32,000 bases of DNA, taken from Pyrobaculum calidifontis JCM 11548. Its GTDB lineage: Archaea > Thermoproteota > Thermoprotei > Thermoproteales > Thermoproteaceae. Below, one piece after another: positions 8,449-17,957 of this stretch. The DNA lies in NCBI RefSeq assembly GCF_000015805.1, contig NC_009073.1, forward strand, positions 540,001 to 572,000, read 5' to 3'. Made by a program: the position numbers and the translations under genes. The notes beneath the pieces were generated by a model. It was not told the DNA's origin, did no database searches, and saw only the letters and a program-made list of their open reading frames with translations. How positions within the stretch are numbered: the first letter of the stretch is position 1; the number at the start of each line of letters is the position of its first letter.

Positions 8449-9618
8449 ATGCCTGCGAATCTGCCAGCTGAGGCTAAGGCTGCCTGGCTTAAGGTTATGG
8501 AGGCTAAGACGCCCGAGGATAAGCTCAAGGCGCTTGAGGAGTTTTTGTCCACTGTCCCAAAGCACAAGGGCACTGAGAAGTTAATAAAGCAGGTTAGGAG
8601 GAGGATCGCTGAGTTGAGGAGAGAAATTCAGGAGAGAAGGGAAAAGGAGAGGAGTCTTAGATCTGGCGGCGGCTCGCGTCTGTATGTGTCCAAGGAGGGG
8701 GATCTGCAAGTGGCCGTTGTGGGTCCTCCCAGCTCTGGAAAGACTGCCCTCATCCGATGTCTTACAAATACGCCGCTTCAGCCGGACGACATTCCCTTTT
8801 CCACCGTGGAGCCTGTTCCATCTATGTTTATAGAAGACGGTGTCTATGTCCAGTTGGTAAAGACGCCGAGCATACTTGTGCAACAGCAGAGCGATGTGAA
8901 CGTGATTACTCTAGCCTCTGTCAGAAATGCGGACGCGGTTATACTTGTGGTAGATTCTGGCGTAGAGCTTGAAACAGTTGAGAGGCTTATATCATACTTT
9001 GAGGATGAAGGTATATACCTATATCAGCCGAGGAATTATGTGAAAATAGAGCGGAGGGGGCTTGGTGGAATACAGATATTAGGCTCTGGACGAGTAGTAG
9101 GTAAAACACTTAATGATGTGAAAAAGCTTCTAAACGAATACGGGATATATCACGCGGTCGTTTACATAAACGGTGAGGTTACGCTGGACGACGTTGAGGA
9201 AGCCTTGTACATTGAACGCCAGTATAAGCCGACCATTGTGATTCTTTCCAAGAGGGATTTATACAAGCCCAGGGGGGAGGTATTGGAGTACTTAAACAAG
9301 CTGGGGATCCCATACTACGAGGCAAATCTGGCTAGTTGCGACATTTCTAGGAGGAGCCTCCTGGAGAATCTCTTAAGGCTTACGGGTAGGATTAGGGTTT
9401 TTACCAAGCCTATACACATGAAGACCTACATGGAAAAGCCCCTGGTCGTAAAGGCCGGCTCAACTGTGGGAGATGTGGCTAATCAAATCCACTCATCGCT
9501 TGTGAAGACCTTTAAATACGCCGTGGTGTGGAGGAGGGAGAATTTCCCCAACTGGCCCAAGAGAGTTGGGCTAGACTACGTCCTACAAGATGGGGACGTT
9601 GTCGAAATTCACGCATGA
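8449..9618 (+). CDS. DRG/Obg-like GTP-binding protein with C-terminal TGS domain (divergent)
   Basis: Helical N-terminus, G1 VVGPPSSGKT, G4-like LSKRD, and a TGS-like end ..[13 protein letters not shown]. The expected G3 DxPG reads VKTPS. Confidence 0.7.
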   Translation: MPANLPAEAKAAWLKVMEAKTPEDKLKALEEFLSTVPKHKGTEKLIKQVRRRIAELRREIQERREKERSLRSGGGSRLYVSKEGDLQVAVVGPPSSGKTALIRCLTNTPLQPDDIPFSTVEPVPSMFIEDGVYVQLVKTPSILVQQQSDVNVITLASVRNADAVILVVDSGVELETVERLISYFEDEGIYLYQPRNYVKIERRGLGGIQILGSGRVVGKTLNDVKKLLNEYGIYHAVVYINGEVTLDDVEEALYIERQYKPTIVILSKRDLYKPRGEVLEYLNKLGIPYYEANLASCDISRRSLLENLLRLTGRIRVFTKPIHMKTYMEKPLVVKAGSTVGDVANQIHSSLVKTFKYAVVWRRENFPNWPKRVGLDYVLQDGDVVEIHA

Positions 9619-10052
9619 GCTGCGACGAGGTTAAAAAGATCCTCGAGAGACTCGACGAGATAGAAATTTTGCTCAACACCTTGCTGGAGGAGGTTAGGGA
9701 GTTAAAACGTGGAACATCGGCAAGGGAGGAGAGGCCACGTGCGTTCATAGAAGTGCTGAGGGAGAAGAAGCTTCTTCCGCTTTCAGAGGTCAAGTCTAGA
9801 CAGGCGTTGCGGCAGGCCTTAGAGAAGGGGCTTGTCGTAGTTCTCCGCGACGAAGGCGCAAACCGAGAAGTGGTGGTACTCAAGGAAGCGGCTCGGAAGC
9901 TGTTGGACAAATTGCCCATGTCGGCAAAGGATGTGGAGAAGTTAGACGAGAGGGACTACGAGCTTCTGCAATTGCTCAATAGGCTGGGCTACGTGTTGCA
10001 GAAAGGTGGGCAATACATTAAAACGGAGCTTGCAGAGGAGTTCTACGTATGA
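9615..10052 (+). CDS. Hypothetical protein with coiled-coil N-terminus (145 aa from ATG 9615)
   Basis: ATGA overlaps occur at both ends: with the GTPase stop at 9615-9618 and with the RFC start at 10049-10052. The longer ORF-track start at 9528 would overlap the GTPase by 90 nt. Confidence 0.5.
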   Translation: MSCDEVKKILERLDEIEILLNTLLEEVRELKRGTSAREERPRAFIEVLREKKLLPLSEVKSRQALRQALEKGLVVVLRDEGANREVVVLKEAARKLLDKLPMSAKDVEKLDERDYELLQLLNRLGYVLQKGGQYIKTELAEEFYV

Positions 10053-11023
10053 GTGAGCTTTTTTGGTTTGAGAAGTATAGGCCGCGTAGTTTTGAGGAGG
10101 TGGTGGATCTTGAGGAGGTTAAGGCTAGGCTTAGGGAGTTTGTCAAGGCGGGGAATTTGCCGCATCTCCTCTTCTACGGGCCTCCTGGCACTGGGAAGAC
10201 GACGATGGCCCTGGTCTTGGCGAGAGAGCTGTATGGGGAGTACTGGCGTGAGAACACCCTCGAGCTAAACGCCTCAGACGAGAGAGGAATCGGAGTAATA
10301 AGAGAGCGAGTAAAAGAGTTCGCCAGAACGGCGCCCGTGGGAAAGGCCCCCTTCAAACTCGTAATACTCGACGAAGCAGACAACATGACCTCAGACGCCC
10401 AACAAGCACTACGCAGAATAATGGAAATATACGCACAAAACACCAGATTCATACTACTAGCAAACTACGTAAGTAACATTATCGAGCCCATTCAGTCGCG
10501 CGTGGTTATGATTAGGTTTAACCCCTTGCCCAAGGAGGCCGTGATATCCCGGCTCAGATTTATCGCCGAGAATGAGGGAGTAAAGGTGAGCGACGACGCG
10601 CTAGAGGCTATTTACGAGTTTACCCAGGGCGACATGAGGAAGGCCATTAATGCGTTGCAAGTGGCGGCCTCTGTGAGCAGAGAGGTGACAGAGGAAGAGG
10701 TCGCGAAGGCGCTTGGGATGGTTAGTCCCCGGCTACTCAGGGAGGTTCTTCAAGAGGCTACGAAGGGGAGCTTCAACAAGGCGTTGACTCAGATATACGG
10801 CTTTGTGGTCGATGGCGGAGTGGGAGAGCTTGAAATAATTAGGCAGTTACACAGGGAGGTGTTAAGACTCGACGTCCCGGAGTATGTAAAGCCTGAGCTT
10901 GTGTATATAGTGGGCAGGGCCCATTATGCTATTTTGAGGGGGGCGCGTGGGCTTGCCCAAATTTATGGCGCGCTTGCGAAAATTAGGAAAATAGTTGTGT
11001 TTCACCAACCGTCTGTGAAGTAA
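10049..11023 (+). CDS. rfcS: Replication factor C small subunit
   Basis: [16 protein letters not shown], Walker [14 protein letters not shown]-like ILDEADNMT, and SRC motif QSRVV. Confidence 0.92.
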   Translation: MSELFWFEKYRPRSFEEVVDLEEVKARLREFVKAGNLPHLLFYGPPGTGKTTMALVLARELYGEYWRENTLELNASDERGIGVIRERVKEFARTAPVGKAPFKLVILDEADNMTSDAQQALRRIMEIYAQNTRFILLANYVSNIIEPIQSRVVMIRFNPLPKEAVISRLRFIAENEGVKVSDDALEAIYEFTQGDMRKAINALQVAASVSREVTEEEVAKALGMVSPRLLREVLQEATKGSFNKALTQIYGFVVDGGVGELEIIRQLHREVLRLDVPEYVKPELVYIVGRAHYAILRGARGLAQIYGALAKIRKIVVFHQPSVK

Positions 11024-11031
11024 ACGAAAAG

Positions 11032-11039
11032 TATTTATA
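11032..11039 (+). promoter_or_regulatory. TATA box (TATTTATA) of the TFB gene
   Basis: About 27 nt upstream of ATG 11063, consistent with a leaderless or near-leaderless transcript. Confidence 0.5.
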
Positions 11040-11062
11040 CTCTCAAAAAGTTTTTAAATGCG

Positions 11063-12058
11063 ATGTCTACAGCTACCCCGCCCGGCAAGCCCTTAAAATT
11101 CCGTATTCATCGAGATAGTGAGGGGTATTTAAGCCTTGTCTCTGAGACAGGCGAGGTATATAGTTGCCCCGTGTGTGGAAACGACAAGTTTGTCTACAAC
11201 TACGAGAGGGGGGAGGTGGTGTGCATCGTATGTGGCACCGTGGTTCAAGAGCAGTTGCTTGACTTAGGGCCCGAGTGGAGGGCCTTCACCTCCGAGGAGA
11301 AGGGCCAGAGGGCCCGTACCGGCGCGCCGTTGACAAGGCTCATCTCAGAGGCTTTAACCACGGTGATAGATTGGAGAGATAGAGATGTGTCTGGAAAAGA
11401 GCTCGACATAAAGCGAAAGCTGGAGGTTATTAGGCTTAGAAAATGGCAGACGAGGGCGAGAGTTCAAACTTCGTATGAGCGCAACTTTATCCAAGCGGCT
11501 CAGGAGCTTGAGAGATTAAAGAGCTCAATGGGCGTGCCGAGGCCCTGCGTAGAGCAGGCCTTGGAGATTTACAGGCAAGCACTTGAAAAAGAGCTGGTAC
11601 GGGGCAGATCTGTAGAGGCCATGGCCGCAGCGGCGTTGTACATGGCTTGTCGTATGTTAAAAATGCCGCGCCCTCTCGATGAATTGGTTAGATATACTAA
11701 GGCCTCGAGGAGAGAAGTAGCTAGGTGCTACCGCCTCCTACTTAGAGAACTTAATGTAAAAGTTCCCATAAGCGACCCCGTGTTGTACATATCTAGAATT
11801 GCAGAGCAATTAAAGCTCAGCGGCGAAGCGATAAAACTTGCCATAGACATTTTACAAAAGGCGAAGAAGGCGGGTATCACGGCTGGGAAAGACCCGGCGG
11901 GCCTCGCGGCAGCCGCGGTCTACATAGCCTCACTAATGCTTGGCGATAACAAGACGCAGAAAGATTTCGCGGTGGCCGCAGGCGTGACCGAGGTCACTGT
12001 GAGAAACCGTTACAAGGAGTTGGCCAAGGCGCTCAATATTAAAGTGCCAATCAAATAG
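11063..12058 (+). CDS. tfb: Transcription initiation factor IIB (TFB)
   Basis: N-terminal Zn ribbon CPVCGN..(14)..CIVCG, B-finger/linker, and two cyclin-fold repeats. TATTTATA at 11032-11039 lies about 27 nt upstream. Confidence 0.92.
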   Translation: MSTATPPGKPLKFRIHRDSEGYLSLVSETGEVYSCPVCGNDKFVYNYERGEVVCIVCGTVVQEQLLDLGPEWRAFTSEEKGQRARTGAPLTRLISEALTTVIDWRDRDVSGKELDIKRKLEVIRLRKWQTRARVQTSYERNFIQAAQELERLKSSMGVPRPCVEQALEIYRQALEKELVRGRSVEAMAAAALYMACRMLKMPRPLDELVRYTKASRREVARCYRLLLRELNVKVPISDPVLYISRIAEQLKLSGEAIKLAIDILQKAKKAGITAGKDPAGLAAAAVYIASLMLGDNKTQKDFAVAAGVTEVTVRNRYKELAKALNIKVPIK

Positions 12059-12068
12059 CTTTTTCTCC

Positions 12069-12377
12069 GTGCTCTCGGTTGATGTACCGCCTGAGCCATT
12101 CAACGGCGGGCATCTGGTTCTGAAAACTGGCAAGCCCGTTTTTGACTTAACCTTTTCTGAGCTGGTTATGCTTAAGCAGAAAATTGATAGAATACTAGCG
12201 GCAGAAAGAGAGAAGCTGAGACCAGAGGGGTTCAATATATACATCAATGGTAATGAAGTACATATCATCCCCCGCTGGTGTGGTGATGTTAACGTTGCTT
12301 TTTTTGGAGGAATAAAAGTAGTGCCTTTATCAAATGAGGACGTAGTGAGATTGTTAGGAGATGAATTTAACAATTGA
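12069..12377 (+). CDS. Hypothetical protein (102 aa, GTG start)
   Basis: The ORF starts 10 nt after the TFB stop. No motif recognised. GC content falls through the gene. Confidence 0.35.
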   Translation: MLSVDVPPEPFNGGHLVLKTGKPVFDLTFSELVMLKQKIDRILAAEREKLRPEGFNIYINGNEVHIIPRWCGDVNVAFFGGIKVVPLSNEDVVRLLGDEFNN

Positions 12378-12699
12378 AATTCTTTCCTCGCTAATAATTG
12401 TAGCGTTTGGAATATATGTGACTCAACGAGTGCAACATGATTATAAATTAGTGAATATTTTTAGACAATATACACTGCCCAGTGTAGTAAGGCCAGGTGG
12501 AATAGTTGATTTAAGTAAGCTTAAAATCTTTGTCCAAAATTTTAATTATAAAATTGAAACTAATGGAAATCTTGTTATAGAAGTAAAGAATGACATTATT
12601 AACGTTATCTCAGGCACAGGAAGTATTACAATAGTTTTTGAAGCGTGGGGCTTCCTCGATTTTTATAGAATTGTAAGAAGTATAAAAGTCATAACGTAA
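12361..12699 (+). CDS. Hypothetical membrane-anchored protein (112 aa)
   Basis: One N-terminal TM helix (ILSSLIIVAFGIYV) followed by a beta-rich, Asn/Ile-rich domain. AT-rich. Overlaps the previous ORF by 17 nt. Confidence 0.4.
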   Translation: MNLTIEILSSLIIVAFGIYVTQRVQHDYKLVNIFRQYTLPSVVRPGGIVDLSKLKIFVQNFNYKIETNGNLVIEVKNDIINVISGTGSITIVFEAWGFLDFYRIVRSIKVIT

Positions 12700-12700
12700 T

Positions 12701-13009
12701 TTACTGTATTAATTGTCTAAAAAGCATTAAAATTTGTATGTCCCACACAATGAAGAAAATATATGTAAGCACGTAGAGAATAGAGACTTGTGTAAATGAT
12801 AAAAGAACTCCTATGCTATCTATTAGTAGTATTAGGCCGACTAACACTATGGCTACTTCGCCCTCTTCTACGACGCGAACAATTATAGATGAAATTGCCA
12901 TAAGCACGCAACTCACTAGTAGCACAGGGTCTATGCGTGATGTGATGGTGAAAGCAACTAGGGCTACTAGGAACTTGAAGAGCGCTATGACCAGCAGGGC
13001 CCTGTGCAC
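12701..13009 (-). CDS. Small integral membrane protein (102 aa, 3-4 TM)
   Basis: Almost entirely hydrophobic helices. TATTAAATA at 13029-13037 lies about 24 nt upstream of the start on the minus strand. Confidence 0.45.
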   Translation of the reverse strand: MHRALLVIALFKFLVALVAFTITSRIDPVLLVSCVLMAISSIIVRVVEEGEVAIVLVGLILLIDSIGVLLSFTQVSILYVLTYIFFIVWDIQILMLFRQLIQ

Positions 13010-13052
13010 TACGCGAAACTGGTGGGGGTATTAAATAGTGACCTAGCTAAGA

Positions 13053-13060
13053 TTTATAAA
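13053..13060 (+). promoter_or_regulatory. TATA box (TTTATAAA) of the L13e gene
   Basis: About 28 nt upstream of ATG 13085. Confidence 0.5.
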
Positions 13061-13084
13061 CCGGTATGGTACCTCCCCCCGTTT

Positions 13085-13558
13085 ATGATACCCAAGCCTG
13101 TGGTACAAGTCCCAAGAAGCATCAAGAGCGGTGGAGTAACCAAGTGGAAAGAGGGGAGGGGCTTTTCACTTGGCGAGTTGAAAGAGGTTGGTCTTAACGC
13201 AGAACAAGCAAGGCTTTTAGGCCTGCCAGTAGATACGCGACGTGACTCTGTGTGGCCTCAAAACGTGGAAGCCCTTAGGAAGTGGCTTATAGAGGTATTG
13301 GAGGGCAAAGCGACGCCGCCTGAACCTACGCTTCCAAAAGTCGTTAAAGTGAAGAGGAAGAGAGGCAGGGCGTTTAGAGGTCTGACGAGCGCTGGGCGGA
13401 GGTCGCGCGGCTTAATTTCGACCAGATTCAGAGAGACCCACAACTACAAGTTTAAGAAGAAGGCTAAGGAGAGGAGGCTGAAGAAGAGACACGAGGCCAC
13501 TAAAGGACTTGGAAATGTGTTGAGAATTTCGAGGATAATAAACGAGTCCAAAGAATAG
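13085..13558 (+). CDS. rpl13e: 50S ribosomal protein L13e
   Basis: [46 protein letters not shown] matches the L13e family. ATG 13085 is preferred because TTTATAAA at 13053-13060 lies inside the longer ORF-track version. Confidence 0.85.
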   Translation: MIPKPVVQVPRSIKSGGVTKWKEGRGFSLGELKEVGLNAEQARLLGLPVDTRRDSVWPQNVEALRKWLIEVLEGKATPPEPTLPKVVKVKRKRGRAFRGLTSAGRRSRGLISTRFRETHNYKFKKKAKERRLKKRHEATKGLGNVLRISRIINESKE

Positions 13559-13565
13559 TATAATT

Positions 13566-14285
13566 TTACTTAAATCGTCGTAAATTTTCAATCATTTTCT
13601 CAAGTGTTATGTTTGTAACAGCTAGAGGTATGTAGCTCCTCTTTGCAATTTCCACAGCCAAGGGGTCAACAGTTTCTTGCTTTATCCCGTGGAGCACTAC
13701 TATGGAGGGTTTTACGCTTAATACGGCAGACATAGATTTTATGGCTATTATGGGGGAGCGGCCTGTGGATACCTTTGTAAAAATTGCGGCACGTTGCGAC
13801 GTGCCTCCGTACAATCTCACGTATTCTACTGAAGGGACTTCTAAGACTAGTTTTACACTATCCACGATGGTGTAGCCATATATGTCCAAGGTCTGCGGAG
13901 GCGGCACTAAAACCTCTGCCTCTATGCTTTGTAAAAATGTAGAAATGGGCACAGGCTCTGTGAATTCTCTCATGTCTATTACAGCTGTCCAAAATCTCTC
14001 TCTTAACAGCTGGCGCTGGAGTAGATTTAAGACGTGGCCGCCTCGCTCAAGATCCGCCTCTATTAGCGCTTGTACAAATTTCCTGATGAACCGCGAGCCG
14101 GGGAACTTTCTCCTGCCCGATTCATAGTCGCTGATAACGCTCGGCGAGGTGTTCAGTCGAGTGGCTAAGGCAGTCTGAGTAAGTCCAAAGACTAGTCTCC
14201 ACTTCTTTATCACCTCACCTGGGTTGTCCGATGTAATTATGTCGCCGGCTATATAGATTGCTATGTGTCTGTGTTCGTTATCCAC
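13566..14285 (-). CDS. XRE-type HTH transcriptional regulator with C-terminal uncharacterised domain
   Basis: FGLTQTALATRLNTSPSVISDYESGRR is a Cro/C1-type HTH. GTG start, with an A-rich TATA about 25 nt upstream. Confidence 0.7.
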   Translation of the reverse strand: MDNEHRHIAIYIAGDIITSDNPGEVIKKWRLVFGLTQTALATRLNTSPSVISDYESGRRKFPGSRFIRKFVQALIEADLERGGHVLNLLQRQLLRERFWTAVIDMREFTEPVPISTFLQSIEAEVLVPPPQTLDIYGYTIVDSVKLVLEVPSVEYVRLYGGTSQRAAIFTKVSTGRSPIIAIKSMSAVLSVKPSIVVLHGIKQETVDPLAVEIAKRSYIPLAVTNITLEKMIENLRRFK

Positions 14286-14377
14286 AGAGTAGTATACAAG
14301 CCCTTTTTTATTTTTTCGTCTAGAAACGAATGAAAGAGGGGGACAATAAGATTTAAACCTTTGGTCTTTTTACTGGC

Positions 14378-15367
14378 GTGCTTAGCAGAGAGGAGCTTCT
14401 CGCGAAGATTCGCGAGATTAATTCTCAGCTTGATGAAATTCAAAAGAATATAGATGCTGTAACAAACGAGATTAATTCTAAAAGAGCTCTCTTGGATGAG
14501 ATACGAAAACAGTTGGCCGAGGTCAGGTCTCTTATAGAGGGGAAGAGGGAGCAGTTGCAAAAGACGAGGGAGCTTATCGGTTCTTTAGTGGAGCGCAAAA
14601 GTCAAATAATAAACCAGATTAGGTCTTTGCGGGCTGAGCTTCTTCAGACAAATATAAATCTTCAAAAGTATAGAGAAAAACTGGTAGTATATCGAAACTT
14701 ATTATCTACTCTTAATGAATATGTTGGGGGTAAAGTACCGGAGAAGGAGAAGTTAAAGAGGCTTATTGAGCAGTTGGAGTACCTTTTTGAAACTTCGCCG
14801 ACGAACCCAGAGTGGGAACGCCAGTTTATCAAGTACATAAGTCAAATCGAGAGAGAGTTGAACGTTGTAGACTCTATGGAAAAAGTAAGGGCACATATAG
14901 CTGAGCTAAAGAGCCAAGCCGATGCGCTTAAAAATAGGAGAGAGGCAATACGTAACGAAATTGCCAAACTTGTCCAAGATCTTTCTACGATTAAGCAGGA
15001 AATTGCCCAGCTTAAGGCTTCTAGGCAAGAAATTTACAAAGAACTAGCGTCTCTTAAGGAGAAGCGCGAGGAGTTGAAAAAACGGAGAGAGGAAATTAAG
15101 CAGGAGATTCTCCAGCTTGCCCTGCGCCGTAAGGAGCTTAGAGAAAAGAGGAGAAGCGTACAAGAGGAGTTGGAAAAGTACAACGTCTTGCTCAAGGCGT
15201 TGGAGTTAGCCGAGAGAAGTAAAGCAAAGGCCCAAGTGCAGGCGCGTGTAACTCAAAGCTTGAAAGAGAGGGCCGAGGCGATATTCAACAAGCTGATGAA
15301 CGGGGAGCGGCTCACGCACGAGGAAATTAAGATTTTAATTGAGGCAGGCTACTTGCCAGAAGAGTAG
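14378..15367 (+). CDS. Archaeal coiled-coil protein (COG1340-like)
   Basis: 329 aa of nearly continuous heptad-type E/K/L/R-rich sequence. GTG start 24 nt downstream of ATTTAAA (14351-14357). Confidence 0.6.
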   Translation: MLSREELLAKIREINSQLDEIQKNIDAVTNEINSKRALLDEIRKQLAEVRSLIEGKREQLQKTRELIGSLVERKSQIINQIRSLRAELLQTNINLQKYREKLVVYRNLLSTLNEYVGGKVPEKEKLKRLIEQLEYLFETSPTNPEWERQFIKYISQIERELNVVDSMEKVRAHIAELKSQADALKNRREAIRNEIAKLVQDLSTIKQEIAQLKASRQEIYKELASLKEKREELKKRREEIKQEILQLALRRKELREKRRSVQEELEKYNVLLKALELAERSKAKAQVQARVTQSLKERAEAIFNKLMNGERLTHEEIKILIEAGYLPEE

Positions 15368-16374
15368 TGCGCCTCCTCGTCTTATATGTAGATAGAGACG
15401 GCGACTTAAAGGCACATGGAATAGACACTCCCATTGTGGGCAGAGATGAAGTGCTGAGAGCAGGCATCAAGTATATTTTAATGAATCCAGACGATTCCGA
15501 CGCTAACGCGATCTTTGCGGCTGTTAAGACGTACGACAAATTGGTTTCCGAGTACGGAGAGGGGAACGTAAACGTGGCTATTGTCAGCGGCTCTCCCGAC
15601 CCGGCGTTGGCAGATTTGACCGTGGTTAAGGAGCTCGAAGAAGTTTTGGCTCTTTTTGACGCAGATGCTATATACTTTATCTCAGATGGCCCGACTGACG
15701 AGATGTCTGTGCACGCTATTCAAATAAAGCGACCCGTGATTGCTGTGTATAGGGTTGTGGTAAAACAGGCAAGAGGAGTTGAGGAAACTGTTACTTTGTT
15801 TAAGTATTACTTTGATAAAGCTGTAAGAGAGCCTCAGTACAGAAGATATACTGTAGGAGTTCCCGCGCTTCTTGCCTTTGTAATACTGCTGAGCTCTATG
15901 GCTAATCTGGAAATCGTAAGAATCCTCATTAATATGACGTTTTTATTTATTTCGTTTTTCTTGGTAGTCTATGGTTTTGGTATATATGATTTTCTAAGAA
16001 ACGTACTGAAGAGATTTGAAATCACGTTTATAATTACGCTATTTTCGCTCTTTGCCATAGTGTACCATATAGTTTTCACAATAATTGGAAGTTCTATACT
16101 GCCTGACTACCTGGCAGTCATTGTGGCAACTCTCCCCTTCGTATCATATGTGACAGAGTCGTACATAAGAACCAAAAGCGTTAGATATGGAGGCATAGTT
16201 GCCGGAAGTATTGCATCGTCCTTCTTCTACTTTATCTTCCCGAAAATTACTAAGCCAATAATTGATATTTTCGATCTCATGTTTTCTATTGCTCAATATA
16301 TATCTACTATCTTCATTATAATAATCTTAGTATATCTACTCAGAGGCAAGTGGAGACGTGCAGAGTTGAGGTAA
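15367..16374 (+). CDS. Membrane protein with N-terminal soluble domain (DUF373-like)
   Basis: The N-terminal ~160 aa are soluble (MRLLVLYVDRDGDL...DDSDANAIF). About 6 TM helices follow. The start overlaps the coiled-coil gene stop by 1 nt. Confidence 0.55.
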   Translation: MRLLVLYVDRDGDLKAHGIDTPIVGRDEVLRAGIKYILMNPDDSDANAIFAAVKTYDKLVSEYGEGNVNVAIVSGSPDPALADLTVVKELEEVLALFDADAIYFISDGPTDEMSVHAIQIKRPVIAVYRVVVKQARGVEETVTLFKYYFDKAVREPQYRRYTVGVPALLAFVILLSSMANLEIVRILINMTFLFISFFLVVYGFGIYDFLRNVLKRFEITFIITLFSLFAIVYHIVFTIIGSSILPDYLAVIVATLPFVSYVTESYIRTKSVRYGGIVAGSIASSFFYFIFPKITKPIIDIFDLMFSIAQYISTIFIIIILVYLLRGKWRRAELR

Positions 16375-17027
16375 GTAAACGCTTCCATTGTCTAGCCGTA
16401 GAAGAGGCACTTGCGTTGGCCGAAATAGGTGGCTGTGTCCTTAAAGAGAGAGGGGAGTCGTTAGAGTTTGTTTGCCCCTCCTGTCAAGTATTTCACAGGT
16501 CTGCTCTCATTAAGTCGGTTAATGGAGAGAGAATTAAGAGGCATTTACCCACGCTTGTGAGATCTCCAAAAACGCTTGACTACGTAACGGCGCGTCTATT
16601 GGTAAACTTGGCGAGAGTTATGCCGGGTAGCGTCGTATGGGAACCTTTTGTGGGCACAGGCGCGATAGCGTACGAAGTAGAGAGAGTGGGGGGACATGTG
16701 GTGGGCACAGATGTGGATCTGGGGGCTTTGCGCATCGCCAGGCTAAATGTGCGGGGCGACTTACTGCTCTCAGACGCTTTGAGACCCCCATTTTCAAAGG
16801 TATTTGACGCGGTTGTGGGAGATCCGCCGTATGGCCGTCTTACAAAGTCTACGATGGAAGTCAGAGCTCTGCTTAACGCGTTTATAGAAGTGGCCTTTTC
16901 TCATGTTAAAAGGGGCGGATACGTCGTATTGGCGTCGCCCATCTACGTAGATTTGCCATATCTGAGGAGCTGTGTGATGTATTTACACGGCGGCCTCTAT
17001 AGAGTTGTGTATTTTGTAAAACTCTAG
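16350..17027 (+). CDS. SAM-dependent methyltransferase with DPPY motif (Trm11/Trm-G10-like, UPF0020-type)
   Basis: SAM motif I is EPFVGTGAIAYE and motif IV is VVGDPPYG. The short N-terminal region has CPSC. It is shorter than THUMP-containing homologues. Confidence 0.65.
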   Translation: METCRVEVSKRFHCLAVEEALALAEIGGCVLKERGESLEFVCPSCQVFHRSALIKSVNGERIKRHLPTLVRSPKTLDYVTARLLVNLARVMPGSVVWEPFVGTGAIAYEVERVGGHVVGTDVDLGALRIARLNVRGDLLLSDALRPPFSKVFDAVVGDPPYGRLTKSTMEVRALLNAFIEVAFSHVKRGGYVVLASPIYVDLPYLRSCVMYLHGGLYRVVYFVKL

Positions 17028-17455
17028 TCGGGGGGAGGAGCCTCGTAGTACACTTTACCTCTATATGTACGTGGGGCAAGCCAGTCTATAAACTGGCGCA
17101 CGTTGCTCGTCTTTACTGTGAACGTAATTGGTCCCAGCGGGGATTCTCCTGGCTCTGTCACAAAGCTGACTACGCCTACGTACGCCGCTTGTTTATTTAT
17201 GGAAAAGATAACCGTGTCCTCGCCGACGACGCCTTTAGATATTACGCTACGCGCAGCGTCTTGAATGCCTTGGCGCCATATTGCCCCCCGTAGCTTCTCC
17301 AAACACTTATGGCCATCGCACGTGGAGATCAATACTACGCCTACGTCGCTGGGCTCTTCTCTAATATTCACAGGTGTGAACACGTTTTCCAACGCCTTTA
17401 GGACCTTCTTTTTGTCCTCGGTCAGCCTGACTTCCACCACCGCCTCCACTCTCAT
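17024..17455 (-). CDS. UPF0201-type predicted RNA-binding protein (COG1931-like)
   Basis: 143 aa. The beginning MRVEAVVEVRLTEDKKKVLKALENVF is typical of this family as I recall it. ATGA-coupled to the upstream kinase-like gene. Confidence 0.55.
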   Translation of the reverse strand: MRVEAVVEVRLTEDKKKVLKALENVFTPVNIREEPSDVGVVLISTCDGHKCLEKLRGAIWRQGIQDAARSVISKGVVGEDTVIFSINKQAAYVGVVSFVTEPGESPLGPITFTVKTSNVRQFIDWLAPRTYRGKVYYEAPPPD

Positions 17456-17955
17456 ATCACTAAGGAGAGCTCTTCTTCCAGCTGTTCTATGGTCTTGTTT
17501 TCGTTTACAACTATGTAATCGGCGCGGGCCAACAGATCGGCGAGGCCGAATTTCAGCTCTCTAAGGTCCCGCATTAGAAACTGTGAATATGTAAGTGGGT
17601 CGTCGCTTCTACCTCTGCTATACAGCCTAGTGTATCTAGTCCTCTTGCTCGCGACTACGTAGATCAGGAATGTCTTGCCCACCTCCTCTAAGGCGTCTAG
17701 CTCCTCTGGACTTCTTAAGCCATCTATGACAAATCTCTCGCCTTTTGCCGTCTCTAGTATGTGTTTGACAACGGCCCTCCTCCCTTTCTCAAGTCTCATA
17801 AACACGGCGACTTTATCGGGCGTCATTCCAGTCTTTTGCGCCACTGCCCTAACCACATCCCCCATACTCATATACACGTATCCCCTCTTTTCCACGATTT
17901 TGGCCACGGTGGTTTTCCCAGACCCAGGTAGGCCAGCCACAGCTACAAATTGCAT
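17452..17955 (-). CDS. P-loop nucleotide kinase-like protein (UPF0200 / dephospho-CoA kinase or adenylate kinase-like)
   Basis: Walker A is VAGLPGSGKTTVA. 167 aa, a small kinase-fold size. Confidence 0.7.
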   Translation of the reverse strand: MQFVAVAGLPGSGKTTVAKIVEKRGYVYMSMGDVVRAVAQKTGMTPDKVAVFMRLEKGRRAVVKHILETAKGERFVIDGLRSPEELDALEEVGKTFLIYVVASKRTRYTRLYSRGRSDDPLTYSQFLMRDLRELKFGLADLLARADYIVVNENKTIEQLEEELSLVI

Positions 17956-17957
17956 GG

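Noticed and set aside
14261-14560. A 99-aa minus-strand ORF spanning the promoter and 5' end of the coiled-coil gene.
   Set aside because: It overlaps two better-supported genes and their TATA elements, and its sequence is low-complexity with no motifs.
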